Origin: an uncultured Syntrophobacteraceae bacterium | GTDB taxonomy: Bacteria > Desulfobacterota > Binatia > UBA9968 | Direction of reading: 5' to 3' | Length of the DNA stretch: 64,000 nucleotides | Assembly (NCBI GenBank): GCA_964404195.1 | Contig: CAYOJC010000010.1 | Coordinates: 6,514-70,513 of the forward strand | Shown here: positions 50,072 to 61,766 of the stretch, in pieces | Numbering within the stretch: position 1 is the stretch's first letter | Layout: the number at the start of each line of letters is the position of its first letter | Notes under the pieces: model-generated | What the model was told of the DNA's origin: nothing | The model's input: the letters and a program-made list of their open reading frames with translations, nothing else | The model's database searches: none | Position numbers and translations under genes: made by a program

Positions 50072-50215
50072 GCGAAGACGGGTGTCCATTGCTGACAGCC
50101 GGGCTGCCCTGTAACACAGGGGAAACGCCGCTACCGCTGCTTCCTTCCGGACCTGACGGGGTTTGCGGGACCGCCTTGCACAGGACCCGGCTATCAGCAA
50201 TCGACATCCGTTCGT
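50072..50215 (-). ncRNA. ffs: signal recognition particle RNA
   Basis: helix 8 GTCAGGTCCGGAAGGAAGCAGC inside a long hairpin; canonical position upstream of dnaX. Confidence 0.95.
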
Positions 50216-50317
50216 TATTCTTTTTTACCAACCGTGCGGAATCTCAACGCAACATCAACAACACTACGACGATCGATCCGAAGAATCAAGATGAAACAGC
50301 GCCGGGAGCCGATCCCG

Positions 50318-50383
50318 TTAACGTTTTTTTAATCCCTCCAGGCCGGATTTTAATTAGGCAACTTCTCCCTCGCTTGCTAGCGT
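50318..50383 (+). promoter_or_regulatory. putative KdpE-type operator/promoter of the APC transporter
   Basis: TTAA-N6-TTTAA-N9-GCCG-N2-TTTTAATT-N-GGC-N18-TAGCGT, colinear with 52455-52520. Confidence 0.65.
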
Positions 50384-50415
50384 TGAAACACCGCCGAAAT
50401 TTCTTCAGGCGGCAT

Positions 50416-52419
50416 ATGAAAAGCCCAACCCTTCCATCCATCAAAAATATTTTGCTCGGGAAACCCAAGGACCCCTTGGACCCGGGGGTCTTTCACCAGA
50501 TTTCCCTGGTTGCTTTTCTCGCGTGGGTCGGGCTTGGCGCCGATGGGTTGAGCTCGTCGGCTTACGGCCCTGAAGAAGCCTATCTAGCTTTGGGCGAGCA
50601 TTTTTATCTTGCCCTTCCTTTAGCGCTGCTGATGGCCGTGACGGTTTTCGTCATTTCGGCAAGCTATAGCCACATCATCGAGCTGTTTCCCACCGGCGGC
50701 GGCGGTTATCTCGTAGCCACCAAACTTTTGGGACCCAAAGTAGGCTTGGTTTCGGGCTCCGCGTTGATCGTGGACTACATGCTGACGATTACTATTTCCG
50801 TTGCCAGCGCGGGCGACCAGATTTTCAGCTTCTTGCCGGCCTCGATCTATGGAAGCAAGCTCGCGATCGAATTTCTTTTGATCTTTTTTCTTCTCTACCT
50901 GAATCTCCGCGGCACAAAAGAGTCGGTTCTGTTCCTACTTCCCATTTTTATCTGTTTCGTCGTTGCCCATATTTTTGCCATCAGCCTGGGAATCGTCCCA
51001 CAAGCGGCGGAAATTCCCGTCGTCGCTGCCACCACTTACCAGAAGACGGTCGGGGATATTCAAGCTATGGGACTGTGGACGACTGTTTTTATCGTTCTTC
51101 ACGCCTACAGTCTCGGCGGCGGAACCTACACCGGCATCGAGGCGGTCAGCAACGGCCTTCAGGTCCTGCGCGAACCCAGAGTCGAGACCGGAAAGAAGAC
51201 CATGCTCTACATGGCGACCTCGCTCGCCTTCACGGCCAGCGGTCTTCTGCTTTGCTATTTGCTCAACCATGTCGCACACGAGCCCGGCAAGACTCTCAAC
51301 GCGAGCCTTTTCACCATAATTTACGGAAATTTCTTTTCGCCCGATTCCGCATATGGCTTGATGATTTTTACTTTGGTAACGGAAGCGGCGCTCCTTTTGG
51401 TCGCGGCGCAGACGGGATTCATCGATGGCCCGAGAGTGCTTTCGAATATGGCGATCGATTCATGGGTTCCCCATCGCTTCTCGCATTTGAGCGACCACCT
51501 GGTTACCCAGTACGGCATCTGGTTCATGGGCATGGCGTCGCTGGCATTTCTCCTTTATACGGGCGGCGACGTAAGACTGCTGGTCGTCATGTACAGCATC
51601 AACGTATTTTTGACCTTCACTCTCTCTCAGCTTGGGATGTGCCGCCATTGGTGGGAAGTAAGGAAAGCCGAAAGACGCTGGCTGCGCAAGCTCTTTGTAA
51701 ACGGTCTCGGCCTGTCGTTCACGGCAACCATTCTGGTCATCACTGTAACTATCAAGTTCGCCGAGGGCGGCTGGGTGACGCTTCTGGTAACCTCCGCGTT
51801 TATTTTTCTCTGCCACGTCGTCCGATCGCACTACGAGCAAGTGCGCGGCGCGCTGAAGAGCCTGGATGAAACTCTCCTCAACCTACCCTTTCGTCCGGAT
51901 CTCAAAACTCCGGTGCCGGCGAAGAGCCCGAACGCCCCTACCGCGGTTCTCATCGTGAGGGACTTCGACGGGCTCGCGATCCATTCGCTCCTCAGCATCG
52001 GCCGGCTTTTTCCCAATCACTTCAAGAACGTCGTCTTCGTCTCGGTCGGATTGATCGACTCTGGCCGCTTCAAAGGCCTCGGCGAGATCGAGAACCTGCG
52101 CGGGGCCAAAGAAGAGGAACTCAAGAGCTTCACGGAGTTCGCCAACTGCCTGGGTTGGTACGCCGAGTATCGATATTCCCTGGGTGTTGATCTTATCGAA
52201 GAGCTGGAGAAGCTGTGCAAGTCCGTCGCGAAAGAGTTTCCGAGCGCGATCTTCTTCGCCGGCAAATTGGTTTTCGAGCAGGAGAATTTTCTCACCCGCC
52301 TGCTGCACAACCACACCCCGTTCACCCTGGAGCAGCGGCTACAGTTCGAGGGGCTGGAGATGATGATCCTCCCGATTCGCGTTTTCGCTGCCCCACAGCC
52401 CCAGCAATCCGCCGCTTGA
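50416..52419 (+). CDS. APC-family permease, KimA-like putative K+ transporter
   Basis: GADGLSSSAYGPEE, GGGGY.VA..LG, DY.LT..ISV, TGIEAVSNG, C-terminal soluble domain; start ATG 50416. Confidence 0.88.
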   Translation: MKSPTLPSIKNILLGKPKDPLDPGVFHQISLVAFLAWVGLGADGLSSSAYGPEEAYLALGEHFYLALPLALLMAVTVFVISASYSHIIELFPTGGGGYLVATKLLGPKVGLVSGSALIVDYMLTITISVASAGDQIFSFLPASIYGSKLAIEFLLIFFLLYLNLRGTKESVLFLLPIFICFVVAHIFAISLGIVPQAAEIPVVAATTYQKTVGDIQAMGLWTTVFIVLHAYSLGGGTYTGIEAVSNGLQVLREPRVETGKKTMLYMATSLAFTASGLLLCYLLNHVAHEPGKTLNASLFTIIYGNFFSPDSAYGLMIFTLVTEAALLLVAAQTGFIDGPRVLSNMAIDSWVPHRFSHLSDHLVTQYGIWFMGMASLAFLLYTGGDVRLLVVMYSINVFLTFTLSQLGMCRHWWEVRKAERRWLRKLFVNGLGLSFTATILVITVTIKFAEGGWVTLLVTSAFIFLCHVVRSHYEQVRGALKSLDETLLNLPFRPDLKTPVPAKSPNAPTAVLIVRDFDGLAIHSLLSIGRLFPNHFKNVVFVSVGLIDSGRFKGLGEIENLRGAKEEELKSFTEFANCLGWYAEYRYSLGVDLIEELEKLCKSVAKEFPSAIFFAGKLVFEQENFLTRLLHNHTPFTLEQRLQFEGLEMMILPIRVFAAPQPQQSAA

Positions 52420-52454
52420 GCGGGTAGCTATCCGCCGCCACACCCAACCGGTTT

Positions 52455-52520
52455 TTAATCATCTTTTAACTCCTAAGAGCCGCTTTTTAATTTGGCTGTT
52501 GCTCGACGCGTCAGTAACAT
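52455..52520 (+). promoter_or_regulatory. putative KdpE operator/promoter of the kdp operon
   Basis: T-rich TTTTAA repeats at 11-bp spacing; -10 TAACAT. Confidence 0.65.
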
Positions 52521-52553
52521 GAACGCAGGAGCAAAAGCAGAGGAGCGAATGGA

Positions 52554-52637
52554 ATGGCCGATCTGATTTTCATCGTGGTTACGATCGTCTTTTTTGCCAT
52601 CTCGTGGGGCTACGTCATCGGGTGCGACCGTATCTAG
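52554..52637 (+). CDS. 27-aa hydrophobic peptide upstream of kdpF (KdpG/KdpZ-like)
   Basis: MADLIFIVVTIVFFAISWGYVIGCDRI*, RBS GAGGAG; absent from the ORF track. Confidence 0.75.
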   Translation: MADLIFIVVTIVFFAISWGYVIGCDRI

Positions 52638-52647
52638 GAGGGAATTC

Positions 52648-52737
52648 ATGGCGCTGGAATATCTGCTCGGCATCATCGTGTCTTTTGTCGTCATGGGATA
52701 CCTGGTTTATGCGCTGCTCTATCCGGAGAAGTTTTAG
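52648..52737 (+). CDS. kdpF: K+-transporting ATPase subunit F
   Basis: MALEYLLGIIVSFVVMGYLVYALLYPEKF*, RBS AGGAGG. Confidence 0.95.
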   Translation: MALEYLLGIIVSFVVMGYLVYALLYPEKF

Positions 52738-52761
52738 CTCGGAGCTGCGAAGGGACAAAGC

Positions 52762-54483
52762 ATGACCGCAAACGGCTGGTTTCAAATTCTAATTTTTGTA
52801 GTTGTCATTCTGGCTTTAACCAAACCGCTCGGCATTTTCATGTTCTGCGTGTTCGAAGGCGAGCGGCAGCCCCTGCCGCGCGTCTTCGGTCCGATCGAAC
52901 GATGGCTGTACCGGCTATGCGGCATCGACCCAAAAGAACAGCAAGATTGGAAAGACTACACGTTCGCTCTTCTCATCTTTAGCGCCGTCACGCTGCTCGT
53001 CACCTACGGCATCGAGCGCTTGCAGCATCTCCTGCCCTTGAACCCACAGAATTTCGGCCCGGTGCCGGCGGATCTGGCCTTCAACACCGCCGTGAGCTTC
53101 GCGACCAATACCAATTGGCAAAACTACGCCGGCGAGTCCTTTATGAGTTATCTCACGCAGATGGCCGGATTGGCCTGGCATAACTTCCTCTCGGCGGCCG
53201 TCGGCCTCTGTGTGGCGCTCGCTCTTGCGCGCGGGTTGACCTATCGCTTGCAGCCCGGCGAGCACAAAACACTGGGGAATTTCTGGGTCGATCTCATGCG
53301 TTCTATTCTTTATGTCTTTCTGCCCATCTGCATTCCCGTGGCTCTAGTTCTGGTCTCGCAGGGAGTGATTCAGAACTTCGCTCCTTACGTCGACGTCACA
53401 ACTCTCGAAGGGGTCAAGCAATCGCTGCCCATGGGACCGGTGGCGTCGCAAGAAGTCATCAAGGAGCTGGGAACCAACGGCGGCGGATTTTTCAACGCCA
53501 ACAGCGCCCATCCGTTCGAAAATCCAACGCCCCTCACCGACATGATCGAGATGTTGTTGATCTTCGCCATTCCGGCGGCGCTGACCTACACGTACGGCCG
53601 CATGGCGCGGAATCAGAAACAGGGATGGACGATCTTTGCCGCGATGGCGCTGATGTTTTTCATCGGCCTGTCGGTTGCCTACTATTACGAGACGACCGGC
53701 AACGCCGCGCTGCGCGGCCTCGCAGTCGACCAAACCGCAGGAAATTTGGAAGGCAAAGAAGTCCGCTTCGGAATCGCCAACTCGGCGCTCTGGGCGACGA
53801 TCACGACGAATACTTCATGCGGCGCCGTCAATGCGATGCACGACAGCTTCACCGCTCTGGGCGGCCTCGTGCCGCTAGCGAATATTCAACTCGGCGAGGT
53901 CATCTTCGGCGGCGTCGGCGCGGGCCTTTACGGCATGCTGGTCTTTGTTTTGTTGTCTGTCTTTATCGCCGGCCTGATGGTCGGCCGCACTCCGGAATAT
54001 CTCGGCAAGAAGATCGAGGCGCGGGAAGTGAAGCTTGCGATGCTCTACGTGCTGATCTTTCCGCTCTTGATTCTATACTTCTCCGCCTGGTCGGCCGTAG
54101 CGCCGTACGGCCTCTCGTCCTTGAACAATGCCGGCCCGCACGGCCTGAGCGAGATCCTCTACGCCTACAGCAGCAACGCCGGCAACAACGGCTCGGCCTT
54201 CGCCGGACTTAACGGCAACACGCCGTGGTGGAACGTGAGCGGAGGCATCGTGATGCTCGTCGGCCGCTTTCTGATGATCGTTCCTGCGATGGCGATCGCA
54301 GGTTCGCTGGTCGGGAAGAAGACCGCGCCGGCAGGTCTCGGAACCTTCCCCACCGACGGAGCGCTTTTCGTCGTTCTCTTGATCGGCGTCGTGATTATCG
54401 TCGGCGCGTTGACATTCTTCCCGGCATTATCGCTTGGGCCCATTGTGGAGCATTTTCTCGCCCAAGCAGGAAAGGTCTTCTAA
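52762..54483 (+). CDS. kdpA: K+-transporting ATPase subunit A
   Basis: [30 protein letters not shown]. Confidence 0.99.
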   Translation: MTANGWFQILIFVVVILALTKPLGIFMFCVFEGERQPLPRVFGPIERWLYRLCGIDPKEQQDWKDYTFALLIFSAVTLLVTYGIERLQHLLPLNPQNFGPVPADLAFNTAVSFATNTNWQNYAGESFMSYLTQMAGLAWHNFLSAAVGLCVALALARGLTYRLQPGEHKTLGNFWVDLMRSILYVFLPICIPVALVLVSQGVIQNFAPYVDVTTLEGVKQSLPMGPVASQEVIKELGTNGGGFFNANSAHPFENPTPLTDMIEMLLIFAIPAALTYTYGRMARNQKQGWTIFAAMALMFFIGLSVAYYYETTGNAALRGLAVDQTAGNLEGKEVRFGIANSALWATITTNTSCGAVNAMHDSFTALGGLVPLANIQLGEVIFGGVGAGLYGMLVFVLLSVFIAGLMVGRTPEYLGKKIEAREVKLAMLYVLIFPLLILYFSAWSAVAPYGLSSLNNAGPHGLSEILYAYSSNAGNNGSAFAGLNGNTPWWNVSGGIVMLVGRFLMIVPAMAIAGSLVGKKTAPAGLGTFPTDGALFVVLLIGVVIIVGALTFFPALSLGPIVEHFLAQAGKVF

Positions 54484-54484
54484 A

Positions 54485-56548
<2,064 letters not shown>

Positions 56549-56558
56549 GGAGACTCGC

Positions 56559-57161
56559 ATGAAAAAAACATTGCAGATTGCGTTGCGGACGACAGTCGTC
56601 ACTCTCATCTTGACCGGGATTATCTACCCCTATGCGATTACCGGACTCGCCCAGATCCTGTTTCCATCCCGAGCCAACGGAAGTCTCGTTACGGACAAAG
56701 ACGGAAAAGTCATCGGCTCGGAGTTGATCGCGCAGCCCTTCATGAATCCGGCCTATTTCCAGCCACGCCCATCGGCCGCGGGAGAAAAGGGATACGATGC
56801 GACATCGTCCGGCGGTTCCAATCTGGGAACGACGTCGAAGAAGTTACAAGATCGCGTGGCCGAAGATCTCAAGCGGCTGAAGGAACAGAATCCGGACGCG
56901 CCGGGAACCATCCCCATCGAACTTGTTACCGCCTCGGGCAGCGGGCTCGATCCGCACCTGTCGCCTGAAGCCGCACTGTGGCAAACGCCGCGAATCGCTC
57001 GAGCGCGCAAAATCTCTCTAGAACAAGTCCAATCGGTGCTGGACTCCGCCGTGGAAGGAAGAACTTTCGGATTTCTCGGCGAAGCGCGAGTCAACGTGCT
57101 GCTCGTCAATCTGGCGCTCGACCGGCAATTCGGTCGCCCTAGCCGGACTCAAGTCCGGTAA
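56559..57161 (+). CDS. kdpC: K+-transporting ATPase subunit C
   Basis: ANGSL, GSELIAQ, SGGSN, SGSGLDPH, VNVL..NLALD. Confidence 0.98.
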   Translation: MKKTLQIALRTTVVTLILTGIIYPYAITGLAQILFPSRANGSLVTDKDGKVIGSELIAQPFMNPAYFQPRPSAAGEKGYDATSSGGSNLGTTSKKLQDRVAEDLKRLKEQNPDAPGTIPIELVTASGSGLDPHLSPEAALWQTPRIARARKISLEQVQSVLDSAVEGRTFGFLGEARVNVLLVNLALDRQFGRPSRTQVR

Positions 57162-57185
57162 GCTTTAACGTCGCGGCTGGAATTC

Positions 57186-57509
57186 ATGCTGCAATTTACC
57201 ATCGATAGCGAACTGGACCCAAAGAGCGCGTCGGTGCGCAGGCTGTTGGAAGCTCACCTCGTATACCAACGAATGAGCGCGGCCAAAACGTTCTCGCTCC
57301 ATTTGTTGGCGATCGTGGGCGTGGTGGTTTGGCTCGGGGAGATGTGGCCGTTTCTCCTTCCTACAGAAGTGCGCGTTGTCGCGCTCACGCTGTGGGGAGT
57401 TCTTCTTGTTTTTACCATCTGCGCCAGCCTCGAAGAACGGGCCTGGCATCGGAAGGTGGCGCGTTATCGCATCGAGCATCAGACCAAGCAACAAGAAGGC
57501 GCCGGATAA
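57186..57509 (+). CDS. hypothetical two-TM membrane protein
   Basis: 107 aa, co-oriented between kdpC and kdpD, two hydrophobic helices. Confidence 0.65.
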   Translation: MLQFTIDSELDPKSASVRRLLEAHLVYQRMSAAKTFSLHLLAIVGVVVWLGEMWPFLLPTEVRVVALTLWGVLLVFTICASLEERAWHRKVARYRIEHQTKQQEGAG

Positions 57510-57574
57510 ACCGGTTGACCTTCTCTCCAATCTCGTCTTAGATCCCCTAAGAACAAGCGGGATATAATCATCCT

Positions 57575-60253
57575 ATGGTAGAACACAGCCGGCCGGACCC
57601 GGATGCGATTCTGGCCGAACTCCGCCAAGAAGAGCCGTCCGGCCGAGGACGTTTGACCGTATTCCTCGGCATGTGTCCGGGTGTGGGCAAAACGTACACG
57701 ATGCTGCAGTACGCGCGCCAGCGTCTGCAGGACGGCGTGAACGTGGTTGTCGGCGTGGTCGAGACGCACAAACGAACCGAGACCGAAGCGTTGCTCGTAG
57801 GATTGCCTATTATCCCTCGTCGAACCATCGACTACAAAGGCGTCGCGCTTGAAGAAATGGACCTCGACGCGATTCTGGAGCTGCATCCGGAATTGGCGCT
57901 GGTGGACGAGCTGGCTCACACCAATGTCCCCGGCAGCCGCCATCCGAAGCGTTACCAGGATGTGCTGGAGTTGCTCGACGCCGGAATTTCCGTCACCACG
58001 ACGCTCAACGTTCAGCATATCGAAAGCCGCGTCGACGTTGTCCGGCAGATCACCGGAGTGACCATTCGAGAAACGGTTCCGGATTCCGTCCTGGATCGCG
58101 CCGACGAAATTCAACTGGTCGATCTTACGCCGGAGCAACTTCGCCAACGATTGGAAGACGGAAAAGTTTATCTCGGAGAAATGGCCCAGGCCGCTTCGGC
58201 AAATTTCTTCAAGCTGGAAAATCTGGCGGCGCTGCGCGAGATGGCGCTGCGCTTCGCGGCCGAAAGGGCCGACGACGTCATGCGTGGCGCCATGCGCGAG
58301 CGCAAGATCAGCGGCCCGTGGAATACCGGAGAGCGGCTGCTTGTGGGCATCGGACATGATGCGCGGGCCGAAAGCCTTATTCGATGGACTCGGCGGGTCG
58401 CCGGTGAGCTGGACTGCCCGTGGCTCGCCGTCTACGTCGAGCCAAACGCGCCCGTGGACGACGCCGTCAGAGATCGGCTGACGCGCAACATGTCTCTCGC
58501 CCGTCAACTCGGAGGCGACGTCGTCGTCACTTCGGGCCAGGATGTGAGCGAGACGCTTTTGCGCGTCGCCCGTGAGCAAAACGCGACTCAGCTCGTCGTC
58601 GGCAAGCCGACCCGGTCACACTGGCTGCATTGGCTTACCGGACGGTCTCCGGCTTACGATCTGATCCGAAAAAGCGGCGACATCGATATCTATGTCGTTC
58701 AGCCGGAAAAGCAGACTCCGAAAACTGAAGTTTCCAGTGGACCCGCGCTCTCGGCGTCGCCGATGCGTGAATTTCTGCTGGCGCTCGTTTCCACTCTCCT
58801 GGTCACGGGAGCGTCCTTGCTCATCGAGCCATTTACGGGCTACCGGGCCATCGCGCTGGTTTATCTTCTTCTGGTCGTCGCCGTGAGTTTCAAGCTGGGC
58901 CGCGGGCCGGTGCTGCTGGTCGCAGCGGCCGGCGCGCTCTTGTGGAATTTTCTGTTCGTTCCGCCGCACTTTACTTTTTACATCGACACGTTTCATGACG
59001 CGATGATGTTCGCCATACTTTTCGTGGTCGCGCTGGCCATGGGCCATTTCACCAGTCGCATGCGCCTGAGCGAAATCGCCGAGCGGCGCAGAGAGCGGAG
59101 AACCGCCGCCCTCTACGATCTTGCGCACCAGGCGGCCCTCGCGCCCGATTTGGATACCGGTCTTCGCGCCGCGATAAAATTGATCGAATCGATCTTCGGC
59201 GCTCAGGCGGCACTGCTGCTGCGCTTGCCGGACCATACGCTTTCGGACAAACCGCATACCGCGAGCTCTCTTTCGCTCTCGGAAAAAGAGAGAAGCGTGG
59301 CGGTCTGGGCCTTCGGCCACCGGATGCCGGCGGGAAAATTCACCGACACGCTGCCGGATTCCGACGCGCTGCATTTGCCGTTGCAGGCGCGCACCGCGGT
59401 CTTGGGCGTGCTTTCGGTCCGTCCCTCCTCCGGAAAATCGTTCGATACGACCGAAAGAGAGTTGCTCGAGGCTTTCGCCGCCTTGATCGGGACGATTCTG
59501 GAAAAAGACCATTTCATCGAGGCGTTCAAGCATGCCGAGATCATCGAGACCTCCGAGCGCTTGCACCGCGCGCTCTTCGACAGCGTCTCGCATGAGCTCA
59601 AAACTCCTTTGGCCGCCGTGCAGGCGGGGGTTGACGCCCTGGCCAGGCAAATCGGCGCAGAGGAGAAAACAACGGCGACGCTTGGCGAGATCCAATCCGC
59701 CGTGCGCCGGCTGCGCCGGGTCATCGACAATCTCCTCGACATGACGCGCATCGAAGCGGGCGTCATCGAGCCGAAGCTGGATTGGTGCGATGTCGGGGAG
59801 CTGGCACACGATTCCATCGCTCTGGCCGGAGAAACTCTCGGCGCGCACGCGGTAACGGTCGATGACGCGGAGAACCTTCCCATGGTGAAACTCGACCAAC
59901 CCCTGATCGAACAAGCTCTCTACAATCTTCTTCTTAATGCCGCCGCCTGGAGTCCGCCGGGATCAAAGATCCTGATTCGCGCGCGGCTGGACAAGGATAA
60001 GCTTGTTCTTTCGGTTCTCGACGAAGGCAAAGGGCTCAGCGAATCGGACTTGGCTCACATCTTTGAAAAATTTTATCGCGCTGCCGATGCCCGGCCCGGG
60101 GGCACGGGCCTGGGGCTTTCGATCGTCGACGGCTTTGTGCGCGCCCACGGAGGCAGCGCGCGCGCCGCGAACCGCGCGACCGGCGGCGCGGAGTTCACAC
60201 TGGAGATCCCGGTCGAAACGATGCGGGCGGATGTCATGAAGAAATTAGCTTGA
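57575..60253 (+). CDS. kdpD: sensor histidine kinase KdpD
   Basis: G..PGVGKTY.ML, VDELAHTN, USP, 4 TM, GAF, SHELKTP. Confidence 0.98.
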   Translation: MVEHSRPDPDAILAELRQEEPSGRGRLTVFLGMCPGVGKTYTMLQYARQRLQDGVNVVVGVVETHKRTETEALLVGLPIIPRRTIDYKGVALEEMDLDAILELHPELALVDELAHTNVPGSRHPKRYQDVLELLDAGISVTTTLNVQHIESRVDVVRQITGVTIRETVPDSVLDRADEIQLVDLTPEQLRQRLEDGKVYLGEMAQAASANFFKLENLAALREMALRFAAERADDVMRGAMRERKISGPWNTGERLLVGIGHDARAESLIRWTRRVAGELDCPWLAVYVEPNAPVDDAVRDRLTRNMSLARQLGGDVVVTSGQDVSETLLRVAREQNATQLVVGKPTRSHWLHWLTGRSPAYDLIRKSGDIDIYVVQPEKQTPKTEVSSGPALSASPMREFLLALVSTLLVTGASLLIEPFTGYRAIALVYLLLVVAVSFKLGRGPVLLVAAAGALLWNFLFVPPHFTFYIDTFHDAMMFAILFVVALAMGHFTSRMRLSEIAERRRERRTAALYDLAHQAALAPDLDTGLRAAIKLIESIFGAQAALLLRLPDHTLSDKPHTASSLSLSEKERSVAVWAFGHRMPAGKFTDTLPDSDALHLPLQARTAVLGVLSVRPSSGKSFDTTERELLEAFAALIGTILEKDHFIEAFKHAEIIETSERLHRALFDSVSHELKTPLAAVQAGVDALARQIGAEEKTTATLGEIQSAVRRLRRVIDNLLDMTRIEAGVIEPKLDWCDVGELAHDSIALAGETLGAHAVTVDDAENLPMVKLDQPLIEQALYNLLLNAAAWSPPGSKILIRARLDKDKLVLSVLDEGKGLSESDLAHIFEKFYRAADARPGGTGLGLSIVDGFVRAHGGSARAANRATGGAEFTLEIPVETMRADVMKKLA

Positions 60254-60948
60254 GCGATAAATCCACAGCGCTCATCATCGACGATGAGGTGCAGATCCGG
60301 CGGCTGCTGCGCGTCGTGCTCGAAGCGGACGGCTATCGGATCCTCGAGGCGGATTCCGGCGAGCAGGGACTCGCAGATATCGCGCTCCGCAGGCCCGACG
60401 TCGTGCTGCTCGATCTCGGTCTGCCTAAAATAGACGGACTCACCGTGCTCAAGCGCCTGCGCGAATGGAGCCGCGTTCCGGTACTGGTCCTTACCGTGCG
60501 GGCCGATGCCGAAGAAAAGGTGGCTGCTCTCGATGCGGGAGCCGACGATTACGTCACCAAGCCTTTTGATTCGGCGGAGCTTCTCGCCCGGCTGAGGGCG
60601 GTTCAAAGGCGCGCGTCGACCGATAAAGACGAGCCGTACTTTCAAGCGGGCCATCTCGCCGTGGATTTCAGCAGCCATACCGTCACGGCCAACGGACGAG
60701 AGGTCAGACTCACCGCCACCGAATATGCCCTGCTGAAAATATTAGCGCAGCACGCGGGCAAAGTCGTCACGCACAAGCAGTTGTTGCGGGAAGTCTGGGG
60801 GCCCAACGCGGAGGAACAGTCGCAATACCTGCGCGTTTACATGACGCACCTCAGGAAAAAGATCGAAATTCCCGACGCGCGCGAGAAGCTTTTGAGGACG
60901 GAGAGCGGAATCGGCTATCGGTTGGTCTTGCCGTCGGCAAAGAAATAG
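60250..60948 (+). CDS. kdpE: response regulator KdpE
   Basis: REC domain, HKQLLREVWG, YLRVYM..LRKKIE. Confidence 0.96.
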   Translation: MSDKSTALIIDDEVQIRRLLRVVLEADGYRILEADSGEQGLADIALRRPDVVLLDLGLPKIDGLTVLKRLREWSRVPVLVLTVRADAEEKVAALDAGADDYVTKPFDSAELLARLRAVQRRASTDKDEPYFQAGHLAVDFSSHTVTANGREVRLTATEYALLKILAQHAGKVVTHKQLLREVWGPNAEEQSQYLRVYMTHLRKKIEIPDAREKLLRTESGIGYRLVLPSAKK

Positions 60949-61047
60949 ATACTGGTTATGGGTTGATTGGTTATTGGCTCCCACTCGGCGCCGTCGAACC
61001 CGGCCCCTCTTTCCATTAACGAATAACGAGTAACCAATAACTAAAAC

Positions 61048-61139
61048 TGGCGGAGAGGGGGGGATTCGAACCCCCGAGTCGGGGTTAGCCGACTACACGA
61101 TTTCCAGTCGTGCACCTTCAACCGCTCGGTCACCTCTCC
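61048..61139 (-). tRNA. tRNA-Ser(GGA)
   Basis: GGAGAGG acceptor, anticodon loop CT-GGA-AA, long variable arm, GTTCGAATC, encoded CCA. Confidence 0.97.
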
Positions 61140-61296
61140 GGCTTTGAACATTAATAACACAGCCTAACATTGGAAGGAAGTTTTTACCCGGGCACTCCAA
61201 CAGTCGCCGGTCTTGCCGGAGCCGCGGCGCGGCTGGAATTTTCCTCTTGGAAGCCGACGGAATCGGCGCTACAATTTTTGCTGGGAGGACCACGAT

Positions 61297-61638
61297 ATGA
61301 TGCTCATCATCCACTGGTTCCTAAGCGCGCTAAGCCTTTTAATCGTCGCTCACCTCGTGCCGGGAATCGAGGTTCGCGGATTCGGCTCGGCGCTGATCGC
61401 AGCTGTAATCATCGGACTGGTCAATGCGACGCTGGGATTCATTCTGAAAATTCTGACGCTGCCGCTGACAATCGTCACCTTCGGGTTATTTCTGTTCGTG
61501 ATCAACGCCGTCATGCTGATGCTCGCGGCCGCGTTGGTGCCGGGTTTCGCCGTAAACGGATTCGGCGCCGCTTTGCTGGGCGCCATCGTGCTGAGCCTGG
61601 TAAGCTTTGTGCTGCGCGCGCTGATCTTCAGCCTGTAA
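61297..61638 (+). CDS. phage-holin-family (YvlD-like) 4-TM membrane protein
   Basis: GLVNA....L.ILTLPL.IVTFGLF.FVINA; RBS GGAGG. Confidence 0.9.
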   Translation: MMLIIHWFLSALSLLIVAHLVPGIEVRGFGSALIAAVIIGLVNATLGFILKILTLPLTIVTFGLFLFVINAVMLMLAAALVPGFAVNGFGAALLGAIVLSLVSFVLRALIFSL

Positions 61639-61674
61639 CGGCCCGGCGGTAAATTTCCGAAGAGTGCAAAATTT

Positions 61675-61766
61675 TGGCGGAGAGGGAGGGATTCGAACCC
61701 CCGTTACCCTTCCGGGTAAACTTGATTTCGAGTCAAGCGCCTTCAACCGGGCTCGGCCACCTCTCC
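61675..61766 (-). tRNA. tRNA-Ser(CGA)
   Basis: anticodon loop CT-CGA-AA, long variable arm, encoded CCA. Confidence 0.97.

Noticed and set aside
50089-50415. 109-aa N-terminal extension of the APC permease in the ORF track
   Set aside because: It overlaps the SRP RNA and the promoter; ATG 50416 fits the family start
60996-61016. TCGAACCCGGCCCCTCTTTCCA as an att duplication of a tRNA 3' end
   Set aside because: Poor match, opposite orientation, and on the wrong side of the kdp block
61297-61638. Prophage inferred from the holin-family gene between tRNAs
   Set aside because: The family is commonly chromosomal and no other phage genes are present
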